A stretch of 64,000 nt of DNA from Patellaria atrata CBS 101060 (Eukaryota): contig MU006089.1 in NCBI GenBank assembly GCA_010093705.1, positions 1,118,455-1,182,454 on the forward strand, given 5' to 3'. The notes beneath the pieces were generated by a model, which saw only the letters and a list, made by a program, of their open reading frames with translations, was not told the origin of the DNA and did not search any database. A program made the translations under genes and the position numbers. Positions 25,992-38,600 of this stretch are shown one piece after another (within the stretch, counting starts at the first letter, position 1; each line of letters opens with the position of its first letter).

Positions 25992-26047
25992 ACGCGTAGT
26001 AGGTAAGGTACAGTCTCTTGCATTAGTATTTTCGAGCTTTGACGCGT
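25992..26047. promoter_or_regulatory. Two MCB (ACGCGT) elements
   Basis: ACGCGT at 25992-25997 and 26042-26047, about 80-130 bp upstream of the ATG at 26124. Confidence 0.5.
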
Positions 26048-26123
26048 AAATTCTCAACCGTACAGACCTACGGTTGAACTTTTCCAACTATAGCATACAC
26101 GGAGTGCCATACTACCCACAGTC

Positions 26124-29100
26124 ATGTCGCTTCCAATGCTATCGGAAGAGTTTCTTGAATCACTTAACAATACGCTCTCTGGAAATCCAGATGATTCACG
26201 TTGTCGTACGCTCTACGAATACACGGTGAGTGGTCGGCTACCATCCAGAGGAGCCTCTCAATGGTGCAGCAGCTAATTGTACCCAGAGAACTGTATATGA
26301 AGCGGACCTGAGCACAAATCTAGCTCAGAAATACCTTGCGGCCCTTTCTGACGCAATAGCTCGCAAGCTTCTAGGTCACTTCCTTGCGGATAATATCTCC
26401 AATTTGTCAAGACGCTGGGTTAGCTATCCTTCGAATCAATATCAGTAAATAGAAGTAGGAACTAATGTTTACAGGCCGGGCTCCTGTTAGTACAACTGCT
26501 TGAAAAGTCAGAAGTAGCCGGATATCGCATATGCGACGAGAAACACATGCTCAAGAAACTCGGTCAGAACGTCTTTAAACAAAGTGAAGACCTAAAACTC
26601 ATCACTGGCATGATCATCAAGCCCTTGGTCAAGCGCGGGCTATGCGAAATTGGGGATTTTTGGTCTTTAAGCCCTAGCTTCCAAGGACCAACAAGCTTTC
26701 CGACAGAAAATAGTCAAGACTGGATAGGGAAGTACCAGGAATTCATGGATTCTCTTTTCGAGACAGATAGATTTTCTCTTGGGTAGGCCTGGACCTGATC
26801 ACATCATTTATGAATAGGCTAACATGCTACCAGTCCCGAAGCATTCTTCGTCGTCGATCTCACTGCAGACGGGGATACTTCCTTCACAGAAGAGTCGGGA
26901 AATATAATGCTCAGCATTGTCAATGAACGAGCGACATTCATGATTCCTCAAACATCTAAGCAACTGATCCAAGTTGTTGAGGTCCCCATACAGAATATTA
27001 ACGTGGTCCAACGGCAGCCTTCCACGCTAAGAAATCCCAAAGGCGAAGAAATCGATGTGTGCAGACTCAGCCTAATCCTTCGAGATTCCGCGCATGGCTA
27101 TCTCCTCAATGCACAACGAACAAAAGCGGCTGTGATGACAATAACATTCCCCGAAGAATCCACTATGGACACTGCAATAAAAGCTCTCTCTAATGCCCTC
27201 GCTGATCGGTCGTCGCAACCTGTTACATCCTCAATGAGGGCATCAAGTTCACAGGTTCTCAATGTCAGCACTAAGCAGTTCAATAGCACAGACACAGCGG
27301 AATCGCGATCTAGCCCTCAAAAGCTCGGGGAAATGTCAGCTCAGCATGATGAGCCTCGATCAGTGGCACGAGATAATTCTCCGGACGACCTTTATGGCCT
27401 AAGTGACGGAGGAAAGGAGTCTCAAGCGAGACTATCGCAGCGTCGCGCAAATGACAAAGGGGGACACGACGTGGATGGAGTATCAAGTTTACCCATGAAC
27501 AAGCATGGAGACCCAAAACCAGCTGAAAAGCGCAAGGTATCATCGAAGAACCGGGTAGATGCAAAGAACTCTGCATCTGAGCTCAAAGTTACGCACCAAC
27601 AACCATCTTCGCCCCTGTCTGATCTGCGTTCATCAGCGCAAGCCTCCCCACCTAACTTACCTCTAGTCAAGTTGAAGCCTGCACCTCTCCCTACTCCAGC
27701 GGGGAGAAAAGAGTCTCTGAAAATCAAAGATGGGACTGTATTCAAAACTTCAATTGGCAAAATCAATCAAAATACTTTGGCGGACCGTGATTCGGATGAT
27801 AACGTCCAAGGAAAACCGCAAGCTGGTTGGATGCCTCTTAAACCAGCTCAAGAAACAAATCAACCACAACTGGGGATCGTGAGAGCGGGAAAAGGTAAAC
27901 TTAAGCGGATCAATAATAGAAGTAGGTCGCGTTCAAGATCAGCAGCCCTTGAACGAATTGATGACGATTTTGAGGTGCCGGTAAGTGAAGAGGACGAAAG
28001 TGACAGCGAACCCGTCAAGAAGAAGAGGAAGAAAGCAAAAAATTCCAAAAATTCGACTGCATCCGCTCATAAATCGAAGGAGAGTTCAAACCAAAAGCAA
28101 AGTCATTCTTCAAGAATCACGAAGCCGAAGCAGAAAGCCGGTCAGCACGCTTCTGGCCGATTACCGCCCAGTAGACGAGATAAGGATAAAGAAAATGAGC
28201 CGGTGAATGACGGCGGGACTCATCACGATGGTAGAGGTAGGGGAAGATTCCCAGCGGAAGAGATAAGAGCACGTAGAAGTGAAGTGATCCCAGAACAGAC
28301 AGATGAGCTTAACGATAAGTCTGAGGCCTTTTTTTTCGCTCATAATGATGACAATGGTATGAAAGACATGGAGTTCCCAAGTGACTCTAGAAAGCGTGAG
28401 TCCTCGACTTTGAACCAAAATAAACGACTGCTGGGACGTTTAACAGCAAAAGTCGACCACGAGGAAACACCACAACGATCTAATAATTCCGTTCATGATG
28501 CTCCACAAGAGCCGAAGAGCAAAAAGACTGTGCCTCCTTTCTTACGGCCTGCATCTCTGGCGGAAAGTCCACTCGCAGTAGACGATGATTCCGCTCGGAA
28601 AGCATCACTGGTCGCATTTGATAGGAATGGTGCGAGGAACCAAGGGTATGGTCTTTCATTGATCCAAAGCCCTATTACTATAGCGGATAGCCCAACGGTG
28701 GAAGTTTCGCAGAAATGGACCAACGGGATTGCGTTGATTAAACAGGATTATATTCGTCCTGACGAACCCACAATGACCAGACCAGTAGCACGAGCTCACA
28801 ATAATGATCTTCGTGAAGAGATAACCGCTGACAAGGGAGACGGACAGTCAACAGTGCAATATCAGGAGCAGAAGCTATTAGCAACCGCCCCTCAACAGCG
28901 ACTTTCTCTATCGAAGACTGAAAAGAAAGCATTTGAAAATCTTGCTGATATGATCAGTTCTTCATCTCTAGACGACCAGGCGGACGAGGTGCCACAGAAT
29001 CTGGCTCTTTCGGAGGAAAAGGGAGTATCAAGCCCACACGAACCACCAGTATTTGTGAATATGGAGGACCCATCCGTTCGGCCAGTGGATAATGTCCCCT

Positions 29101-30473
29101 TTGACGATACAATTATAGTTGAGCCTACTGAAAATTCGTTCTCTAAGTTTGTACAACCCCTCCGGACAAACCGACCAGTCGATACTAGAAAACGTCCAGC
29201 GGATACAGAGCAGCGACAAGCATCCAAGGCCAAAAAAGGGCGAGCTGATCCTATCCAAGGGTCTCCAATTGCCGTCGTTAAAAGGTCTAAGATGGGTCAT
29301 AAGCTACCAGAGAAACCTGCAACCATGAAAATCAATAAGCCCCAGGTTCCCAAACGTACAGTTCAGATCACACCGGTCTCGGTACCAACGAATGACAATG
29401 ATCGAAAAAAGTTTTCCCATTTCTCTGAATCTTCTTACGATCGTGGTAAGGTGATCGTCACTGCTGAAGGAAGCCCATCGAGAACCGTGCCGGTCTTCCA
29501 GACTCAAGTGGCTGATCCGGTGACGCCGATGACTCATTTTAGTATCGTGATGGACGAGGATGATGCTGACGAGCCTGAGAATGGTGATCAAATGGACTTG
29601 ATAAATGGTACTGAGAGGCATGATGTCGTTACAGATGCTGGCATCGAAGAAGTGTTGTCCAGCAACAGGAAACCTCCACCAGGACATCCAGAAGCTGAAT
29701 CACGTGCTATTTCTAGCTATTTGAGCAAAGAAGAACTAGAATCTAAAATTGCTAAAGCAGTTTACAATGAGGAAAAGAGTCCTTTCGAGAAGGTCTCGAA
29801 GTCGACCCAACCTATACCGTCATTGCTACAAGCATTTCTCTCGATCGCATCGAGAAAACGTGATCTAGTCGCAGAGATAGCTCCCCCTGGACACGATGCT
29901 GAACAAAATTTTACTGATGAAAGGGAACCTGGTGAGAATCTTACCCTGCCTACAAATGCGGGTAAAAGCTCTAGCACCGAAACATCATCTCAAGTGGAAG
30001 ATGAAGAGGTTGAAGATACTGATGTACTTGAGTGGGCAGTTGCTCTAAAGCCACACCACCGTGGAGTAGTTGACGCACTGATATCTGTTGTTAGAGTAAG
30101 CCATGACCCTTCTTTGTAGTGCGTCGAAATATATTGATCAGATTAGGGTTTACTGCGGCATCTTGATGACGCGGAGACCGTGCTGAACGATATGATAAAC
30201 GACTACGAAAAGGATGGACTGCGCGTACTGGGAGTATTAGAAGAACAACGTCGACAGGCACATGAAGCAAGAATAGAGAGTGAAAGAATTGTGATACAAC
30301 AAGCACGAAGGGACTTGCAAAACACCCTGAAAAGATCCAAATCAGCCGAGCGGGAGCAGAATCAAGATAGCGGTTTGGATCAGAGCATGCTTAAAGAAAG
30401 AGAGGCGAAGATACAATTTGGGGTAAAGCAGTTACAGGATGTGCTCTCTTCAATTCTTGTGAATCTAGTGTAG
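26124..30473 (+). CDS. Large (~1400 aa) protein with N-terminal folded region, long disordered linker and C-terminal coiled coil; possible meiotic axis protein (Red1/Rec10-like); 4 introns
   Basis: Exons join in frame through canonical GT-AG introns (ORFs 26230, 26547, 26907, 30180). C-terminal helical block WAVALKPHH...LLRHLDDAE..NDYEKDG followed by heptad-like sequence. Gene existence is well supported; the functional call is inference. Confidence 0.8.
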
Positions 30474-30775
30474 AAGTTAGAAATAATAACCGTGTTGTTG
30501 AGTATCTCATATCTTGGCAGGCACAGAATCAGTTTAAGGGGTTCCTGGAGTGAGCGGTGAATCCTTGGCAGCACACTGCGATCAAAAGCTCGGATCTCAA
30601 CCGATGGGACGGGAAGCTTCTTCGACTCTTCGTAGTACATAAAAGGATAAAAGTACGTGTACAAGAACGGTTTACGAATTATATGGCCAATTGTGAATCC
30701 AATTGACATTTTAATTGCTCAGAGTCAATAGATTTGCTCTCTACACCTGGCAATTCACTCGCTGGTCTACTTACC

Positions 30776-32503
30776 ATGTCGAACATGGAGAAATCGGCCT
30801 CTGAGGACTCATTTGAATTTATTCAGACGCCGCCAGCCCCAAGTCCAGCACCGTCTTCTGTCGATTTCGGTGTTAAGACTACTTCTGTTAGTTGGGCCCG
30901 GTCATTCTGTACCAATACTCTCTCGATTTCAGGACGCTTATCATTTGTAGTATCCCTCAATTAAAAATGCCCCTCTCCCTGCAGATGCCGCGGGTGCAGA
31001 ATCGTTTTCGAACATTCTCCTCTTCTCTTTACTAGGGGGGGTTCCCTTATATGTCTCGTGGAAGCTCGGAGGCGGGTTTAAAACATGGTTATTCTTCGCG
31101 GTGCTGTTCGCCATACCTATTCTTATGGCCTTCTGGTCATTATTCTCAACCTACTCTCCTAGGATCAATGAGAAAGCAAGGTTTCCGGGGAAACCAATTG
31201 AGAGTTACCTCACATTTCACAAGGAGGAGGACAAAGAGAAATACTATGGCAGAAGCAAGATCCCGATGGAGACATTTCACGAGATGTACTTTGACGGCAA
31301 GGTTGACTTTAAAGGGGACTGCTTGGAGGCTATGGAGTACAGACATGATTGGGCAAGTTTCAGGTTTACCCTCAGCTTGTATTGGTTCTTCTTGACCGGC
31401 ATGATGCCAGAAGTAATTTTGCACACACGTTCCCAAGGTAGCCCTCAAAATGTCTTAAGCAGAGACGGTCTAGCTAACATATATTCGTAGATGAGGAGCA
31501 GGTCCGTGATCACTATGACCGTGGCGATGACTTCTACGGTTGGTTTCTGGGACCGCGGATGATATACACATCTGGGATCATCTCGGATATCAACAAGGAA
31601 GAGTCACTTGAGCAACTTCAGGATAACAAACTGGCCATAGTCTGTGAGAAGATTCAAGTCAAACAGGGCGAAAGAATGCTTGACATTGGATGTGGATGGG
31701 GAACACTGGCAAAGTACGCCAGTGTATCCTACGGCGCCCAGGTCACGGGTGTTACACTAGGCCGCAATCAAACGGCGTGGGGAAACAACGGCCTTCGAAA
31801 GGCTGGTATTAGTGAGGGGCAGAGCAAAATTCTTTGCATGGACTATCGTGATATCCCCGTACCTGAAGGCGGCTACAACAAGATCACCTGCCTAGAGATG
31901 GCTGAACACGTCGGTGTCCGCCATTTTGGTACCTTCTGTCGTCAAGTCTACGATATGCTCGACGATGATGGTGTCTTCTTCCTGCAGATCGCAGGCCTTC
32001 GTAAACCCTGGCAGTATGAAGATCTCATCTGGGGCCTCTTCATGAACAAGTATATCTTCCCTGGTGCGGATGCTTCCACACCGCTCGGATTCTTCGTCGA
32101 TAAACTCGAAGGCGCTGGCTTCGAGGTTAAGTCACTTGATACCATCGGTGTCCACTACTCGGCTACCCTCTGGCGCTGGTATAGGAACTGGGTGGCGAAT
32201 AAAGACAAAGTCATCGGGAAATACGGAAAGAGATGGTTTAGGGTAGGTTTCTTTCTCTTTGACGCTCGCTCTATTATCCCAATATGTTTCACTTTTGTGA
32301 CAAATTGCACGATTACTGACATATTCTAGATCTGGGAGTACTTCCTCGCATACTCTACCATTATCTCGCGTCAAGGCAGTGCGACCTGCTACCAGATCAC
32401 GATGGTCAAGAATGTCAATTCAACACACCGCATCGAGGGTGTCCCGACTCAGTACGGTCTTCATGCCGCGCTGGCCGCCGCTAAGGCAAAGCAGCAGGAT
32501 TGA
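30776..32503 (+). CDS. Sphingolipid C9-methyltransferase (cyclopropane fatty-acyl synthase-like); 3 introns
   Basis: N-terminal TM segments, HTRSQ/DEEQVRDHYDRGDDFY.WFLGPRMIYTSG, LDIGCGWG SAM-binding motif, CLEMAEHVG, FMNKYIFPG. Confidence 0.93.
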
Positions 32504-33219
32504 AAATGCGTTTGTTTGCTGGAATCGGCGTGCCTGAAAGAGCTGGATCCAAGAAGATAGAGGAATCGTCATCCCTCACATAAGATTGTGCGGGGGTGAA
32601 ACGTTGTTCTTACAACCTTTTCCGGGTACCTCGATGCCAATTCCAATGGTAAAAGGGTGAGGGGTTTAAGTTGATGCTGTGTTCGCCCTCGGTATTCTCT
32701 TGTCGGTGTGGGAAGTTCCGAGTGGTACGACTGAAGTCCCGGCAAGATTGAAATGTACCGCGTCAATCTCAAAAGTGGTAGGTAGTACGTAGTTTGATAT
32801 GAACGTATGGTATTTTTGAGGTTTTGGAAGTCTTAGAGATGTGAACATTCATAACATATGATCGTTACCTCCACTTGAATGCTGTACAGAAATGCTATAC
32901 AGAACTACTGTACGGTACTAACATTGACCATAATTCCTTCCGTTCCCAAGAGAGCTTTACAGTATACCTTTGGTTACCACCAACTTGGTATGTTCTGGTA
33001 TCTTAGCTTGTAACCTTCTCTTTACCTCCGTACTGCCGTACAGAATGCAAGTGTACTGTACTGCGTGAATTCATCGTTACCGTAATGTCCTATGTATTGT
33101 GTTATGGAAACATGCGTAAGCTTAGGTCTACTATCGCTGGATTACGGGGCGTGCAAACCGGAAGACGGGATTGGAGGTTGCAATATCAGCTTATGAGTTC
33201 TGCCTGCGTGATAGTGAAA

Positions 33220-33278
33220 TAGTGTAGGTTATGCCGCGATTAGTGCAAGTTATGCCGCGATTAGTGCAAGTTATGCCG
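33220..33278 (+). repeat. 21-bp tandem repeat in the CYP51 promoter
   Basis: GTTATGCCGCGATTAGTGCAA at 33228-33248 and 33249-33269, a partial GTTATGCCG at 33270-33278, and a preceding partial TAGTGTAG. Confidence 0.95.
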
Positions 33279-33436
33279 AGTCAGGATCAAGGCCTCAACC
33301 CCATAAACTTTTTCGAAAACACCCAAAACCCACAAAAGAAACCAAGGTCACCTTTCCACAGCTTCTTCACTTCTCCCAAGCTCATCTGTTCTCCCTTTCT
33401 CTCTCCTCTCACCCTCATTTCTATTTTTCTCTAGCA

Positions 33437-35094
33437 ATGGGTCTGCTCGCCTCCGTTGCTGGGCCTCTGGCCGAACGTATGGCTGATACCCCTTCCTCGT
33501 ACATCGTGGTTGGCTCATTGGCCTCCTTCTTCGTCCTCACCATTGTCCTAAACGTTTTGCGCCAATTACTATTCAAAAACCCAAACGAGCCTCCAGTCGT
33601 ATTCCACTGGGTACCCTTCATTGGTAGCACCATAACCTACGGCATTGACCCTTACAAATTTTTCTTCGCCTGCCGCGAGAAATATGGCGACGTTTTCACC
33701 TTTATCCTCCTGGGCAAGAAGACTACCGTCTGTTTGGGCACCAAGGGCAATGAGTTCATACTCAATGGCAAACTGAAGGATGTAAATGCGGAAGAGATAT
33801 ACAGTCCTCTCACAACACCTGTTTTCGGCAAAGATGTCGTCTACGACTGTCCAAACTCGAAGCTCATGGAGCAGAAGAAATTCGTCAAGTTCGGCCTCAC
33901 AACCGAAGCCCTGCGCTCCTACGTCACCCTCATAACCGGCGAAGTCAACGATTTCGTCTCCCACCACAAGGGCTTCCAAGGCTCCAAAGGCAAAATCAAC
34001 CTCCCCCCGGCCATGGCTGAGCTGACTCTCTACACTGCATCTCGCTCGCTGCAAGGGAAGGAAGTCCGCGAGCGTTTCGACTCCACCTTCGCGGAACTCT
34101 ACCACGACCTCGACATGGGCTTCACCCCGATCAACTTCATGTTACCCTGGGCGCCCTTGCCCCAAAACCGCAAACGCGACTTCGCCCAGCGCAAGATGAC
34201 ACGCACATACATGGACATCATCGAAGCGCGCAAGGCCGCGGGCGGGAAAAAAGACTCCGAGGACATGATCTGGAACCTGATGAGCTCGAAATACAAAGAT
34301 GGGACCCCGATCCCAGACGCCGAAGTCGCCCACATGATGATTGCGCTCCTAATGGCCGGTCAACACTCTTCCTCCGCCACCGTATCCTGGATAATCCTCC
34401 GTCTCGCCTCCCGCCCCGACATTACCGAAGACCTCCTCCAGGAACAGAAGGACATCCTCGGCGCCGACCTGCCGAACCTGACGTACGAAGACCTCTCCCG
34501 CCTCCCCCTCCACTCCCAGGTCGTAAGGGAAACCCTGAGACTCCACTCCCCCATCCACTCCATCATGCGCAAAGTAAAGTCCCCCCTCCAAGTCGAAGGC
34601 ACAAACTACATCATCCCGACCTCCCACGTTCTCCTCGCAGCCCCCGGCGTCACGTCGAAGCAATCCGAATTCTTCCCCGACCCGGCCCATTGGGAGCCCC
34701 ATCGCTGGGACGCCGGCCACGCCCTCGCCCCCCAAGGTGGCGCAGGTAAAGTCGACGAGGAAGAGGAGAAAGTCGACTATGGGTACGGCTTGGTTAGTAA
34801 AGGGGCCGGCAGCCCATATCTCCCGTTCGGAGCGGGACGGCATAGGTGCATCGGCGAGCAGTTTGCTTATGTACAGTTGCAGACAATCCTTGTTGCTATG
34901 GTTAGGTTGTTTAGGTTTAGGAATCCGGATGGCAGTGATAAGGTCGTTGGGACGGATTATTCGGTGAGTTTTCTTTTGGAAATTTGTAGGAGAATTTTGC
35001 TGATTCCATCTCGCAGTCACTTTTCTCCCGTCCGCTCGACTCCGCGGTCGTAGAGTGGGAGCGCAGAGAGAAGGGGGAAAATGAGAAGGAGTAG
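33437..35094 (+). CDS. CYP51: Sterol 14-alpha-demethylase, cytochrome P450 (CYP51B-like); single intron 34964-35016
   Basis: [70 protein letters not shown] heme motif; last exon SLFSRP. Confidence 0.98.
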
Positions 35095-35695
35095 GGTGTC
35101 CTTCCACCATGCGATTCGTGCTCGTTTCCCGGGTTCGTTGTACAAACGTCGAAGAATCCATCCGAGAGCCGAGAAATCGGAGGTGGAAAGGAATATTGGA
35201 AGCGGAATGAAGAAGATGCTTTTGGGCGGAGGATGTAGATACAACGTCAGGTATATCTCCTACACTCTTCCATTTGTTGTCACGCATATCGCATCGCATT
35301 GGCGGCGGCCGCACGTTGGAACTCGGATACATTAATAAAGAACAAGAGCACGAGGAATAGTAATATTAATGCATACTACACTAGATAAGCAGTCCCTACT
35401 CGTTACTGCTTGTGAGTGAAGTGGTATCTATCCAACGAAAGAAAAGAGGTCTGGACGCGAGCGCGGTTCATTCAAGGGTATACTAATACGATTTACGGCA
35501 CACACACACACCACACCGCGTGAGCCAATTGTGAGATCCACATTTCCCCTCTTTCCATTTATCACTTACTGTAGAACGGGCACTCGAATAGTACGCTTAC
35601 ACTATGTGATTGAGACAGTGGAGAAGCATAGTATAACTATCGCGCGCCCAAGCAACAGCCTCAACAATCCACACAACAACCTTAACCCCACACAT

Positions 35696-38600
35696 CTACC
35701 CCAAAACCCTCCCACTAACAGCAGCCTGACTCCTATCCTTCGTCTCCACCTTCCTCAACCCCTTCCCAGCCTGTATCTCCCCCAATAACGCACCTCTACT
35801 CGGCGCTCCTACTCCCGCTCTCGGCAAATTCGGCATAGGCGGAGGCGGCGGCGCACCACCAGCCGGCAGAGGGGGCGGAGGCGGCGGTGGCGCACCACCC
35901 GTTGGCATCGGGGCCGGGGGCGGTGCGCCCGTGGGCGACGTCACGGCGGGAGAATCGGGACGAGAGCTTTTATTGTCCATGCTGGACAGGGGCCTCGGTG
36001 GGCCCATGGTGCCGAAGAGGATGCTAGCGAGCTGTTTTGCGTTTCCGCCGCCTGGTCTTTCGGCGTCCTCGTCGGAGGAGGAATCGGAGGAGGAGTCGAC
36101 GACGGACCAGTCGTCGTCTTCGGGTCTGTGGCGGCTTCGGGCCTGCGCGCCGGCGTGGACGGAGGCTTCGGCGAGGGCGGCGGCTTTGGCGGTTGAGTCC
36201 GCCTTTTCTTGCGTCAGGCGGTGGAAGGGGTTTGTAGAGACTTCTTGGTGGGAGGGGGTTGGGGTGGATACGTTGTTCGCGTTGTTGGCCGCCTCGTTGT
36301 TCTGGGCGAGCTTCTTGAGGAAGGGGTTTTTGGTCTCCGTGTTGTCCATTGGAGGATTGGTGACGACGTGGGGTAGTGGGCTGGTGACCGAGGAGGGAGG
36401 AGTATGTTGTGTGGTGAGGTTTGGTAGTGGAGGTGCGGGAGGAGGACCGGAGGGAGAGGCAATCTCTCTTTCCCTAGGTAGTTCTTGGCTGGCGACTGGT
36501 GTTGTTTCTTGCGGCGTGATTTCTTGCGGTCCTTCTTCGTCCGAGGACGTGTCTTCGTCTCCCAGGCTCTCGAGTTGAAGAAGTAGTTGACGCTCTCGTT
36601 CGCGTGCCGCTTCGAGCTCCGCACGTTGCGCGGCGAGGCGAGATTCCTTCTCTTTGGCTTCGCGTTGGGCGGCTTGCTTCCTTCGCTTCTCCTCGTCTTT
36701 CTTGACTTTGCCTTGCTTTACTTGTTCCTCTAGAGCGCGAAGGCGAGCTTGAGCTTCCTCTCGTTCCCTAGCTAGTTCATCGTGCTGTTTTCTTTCCTCA
36801 TCCCTATGCAATATGTCAGATATAATAAATATTAACACTTGAATATACATACTCTAAAGCTTTCCTTTCGGCTTCCTGCGCTTCCTGTTGCTCCCTGAGA
36901 GCCTTCTCTGCGATCTCCTGCTCGGCACGCTTCTTTTCTGCTTCAGCCTGCTGGGTATCATGCTGTGCGATATCTGACTTGTTCTTGCGAGTCGGAGGAG
37001 GTGGTGGCTTTTTAGCACTAGACTTGCTTGCTGCTGGTGGAGCAATCGATTCATCTTCCAATCTTCGCTGCCTTTCTTGTTCTCGCCGCGCATCTTCCTC
37101 CTCTGCTTGACGCAATTTCTCTTGTCTTTCTTTGGCCTCCCGTTCCTGTCGCTGCTGAGCCGTTTCTCCGCCCTTAGTTGGGGCCTTGATCCCTAAAGCA
37201 GCAAGACGTTCCGCCATTTTCTGCTCAGCCTGCTGCTTGATGAAAGCGGCGCGCTCTTCAGGTGTCTTATAGGAAGCATAAGACCCACCGGCACTCGTTG
37301 GCGCAGCGGATGGGCGTCTTTGAGATTCAGTTTCACGCGGTGCGCTGACAGGAGATGGTGCATCACGTCGGCCCTCATCCGATGGGCGGGTAGTCGGTGA
37401 TGAATACCGACCAGCCTCTTCTCGCCTCACACGAGACGACCTGCTGCTTCTTTGAAGATCAAAAATGAAATCTTTTATTTCATCTTCGACGCCTAAGGCA
37501 TCCTCCCACCTACGTCTTTCATGTTCACTAGAAGAATCCAGAGTTCCTTCTTTGAGGTTGTCCTCCAGGCTCCGGCTGTAGTCTCTGACGCTGTCTTCTA
37601 CGTCCTTTACCATCCTCTCGTTATTTTCGCGTTCAGTTCTGACTCGTTGGCTCTCCGCTTCAATGCGTTTCGCTGCAGCTTCTGCATCATCACCATTGGT
37701 TGCAGATGGTTTACCCATCAAAGCTGCAGACCTCTGTTGCATCATCGCTCGAGCACGTGCTTTGAGCCTGTCAGATTCGGTTACTGCACCACCTGGACCA
37801 GTTCCAACAATCGCTGCTGCAGCATTAGGATGTGCCTTGGCGTCTTTAAGTCTGAAGAGCTCGAGTTGTGCATCAGCAATCGCACGTTCCGTTCGGCGTA
37901 CATGAGAAGCCAGCTCCGGCAATTTGTCAGTCAAGGCTTGTAGTTGTCGACGAAGTGTTCTTCGTTCCGCATCAGAACCACCGCTAGCAAAGGATGCATT
38001 CGGATGAGCGTCTATATCCTCCTGTACTCGTCGAATCCTACGATATAGATCTTCAGCATCACGACGATCTCTACGATCCAGAGCATCTTCCTCATCAGCC
38101 CGATTCTCATCTTGGAAGTCTATAGCGTCAAGCAGAACTTGTTTCTCTCGAATCAACTTCTTTATTTGATCGATAGAGAGCTCATCTGACGATCGTTCTG
38201 ATCCTGCATCAGATGCTGGCGGCGCGGGCGAGGGTGATCTGCCACCGGCACCAATGCGACGACGAGCACTTGACTTGTAGCCAACATCATCGTCGTTATT
38301 CTTAAACACGGTTGCGTCCTTCCTGCCTCCCGCACCGACTGGGCTGGATGTACGGAATGAATGGGTCTTGAGATAGCTTACACCCGTTTTCTGAGGTTGT
38401 AAGAAGGCACCGGTATTTTTCCTCTGCTCCGCTTCACCCCTGAGTAACGACTTAACGGTGCCGATGGAATCATTAAAATTACGAGTCGACGGTGGTATGA
38501 GCTCTGGTGGGAGACGGTTAGGAACTGGATAACCATTGAGCTTGCGGTAGATTAAGTGCATTGCAACTGCAAACTCGTCCAGATTCAGTCTGCCACGATT

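Noticed and set aside
34349..35332. 327-aa antisense ORF over CYP51 (similar ones over PAN1, the TPS gene and ArfGAP)
   Set aside because: Explained by the codon bias of the sense genes; no independent protein features.
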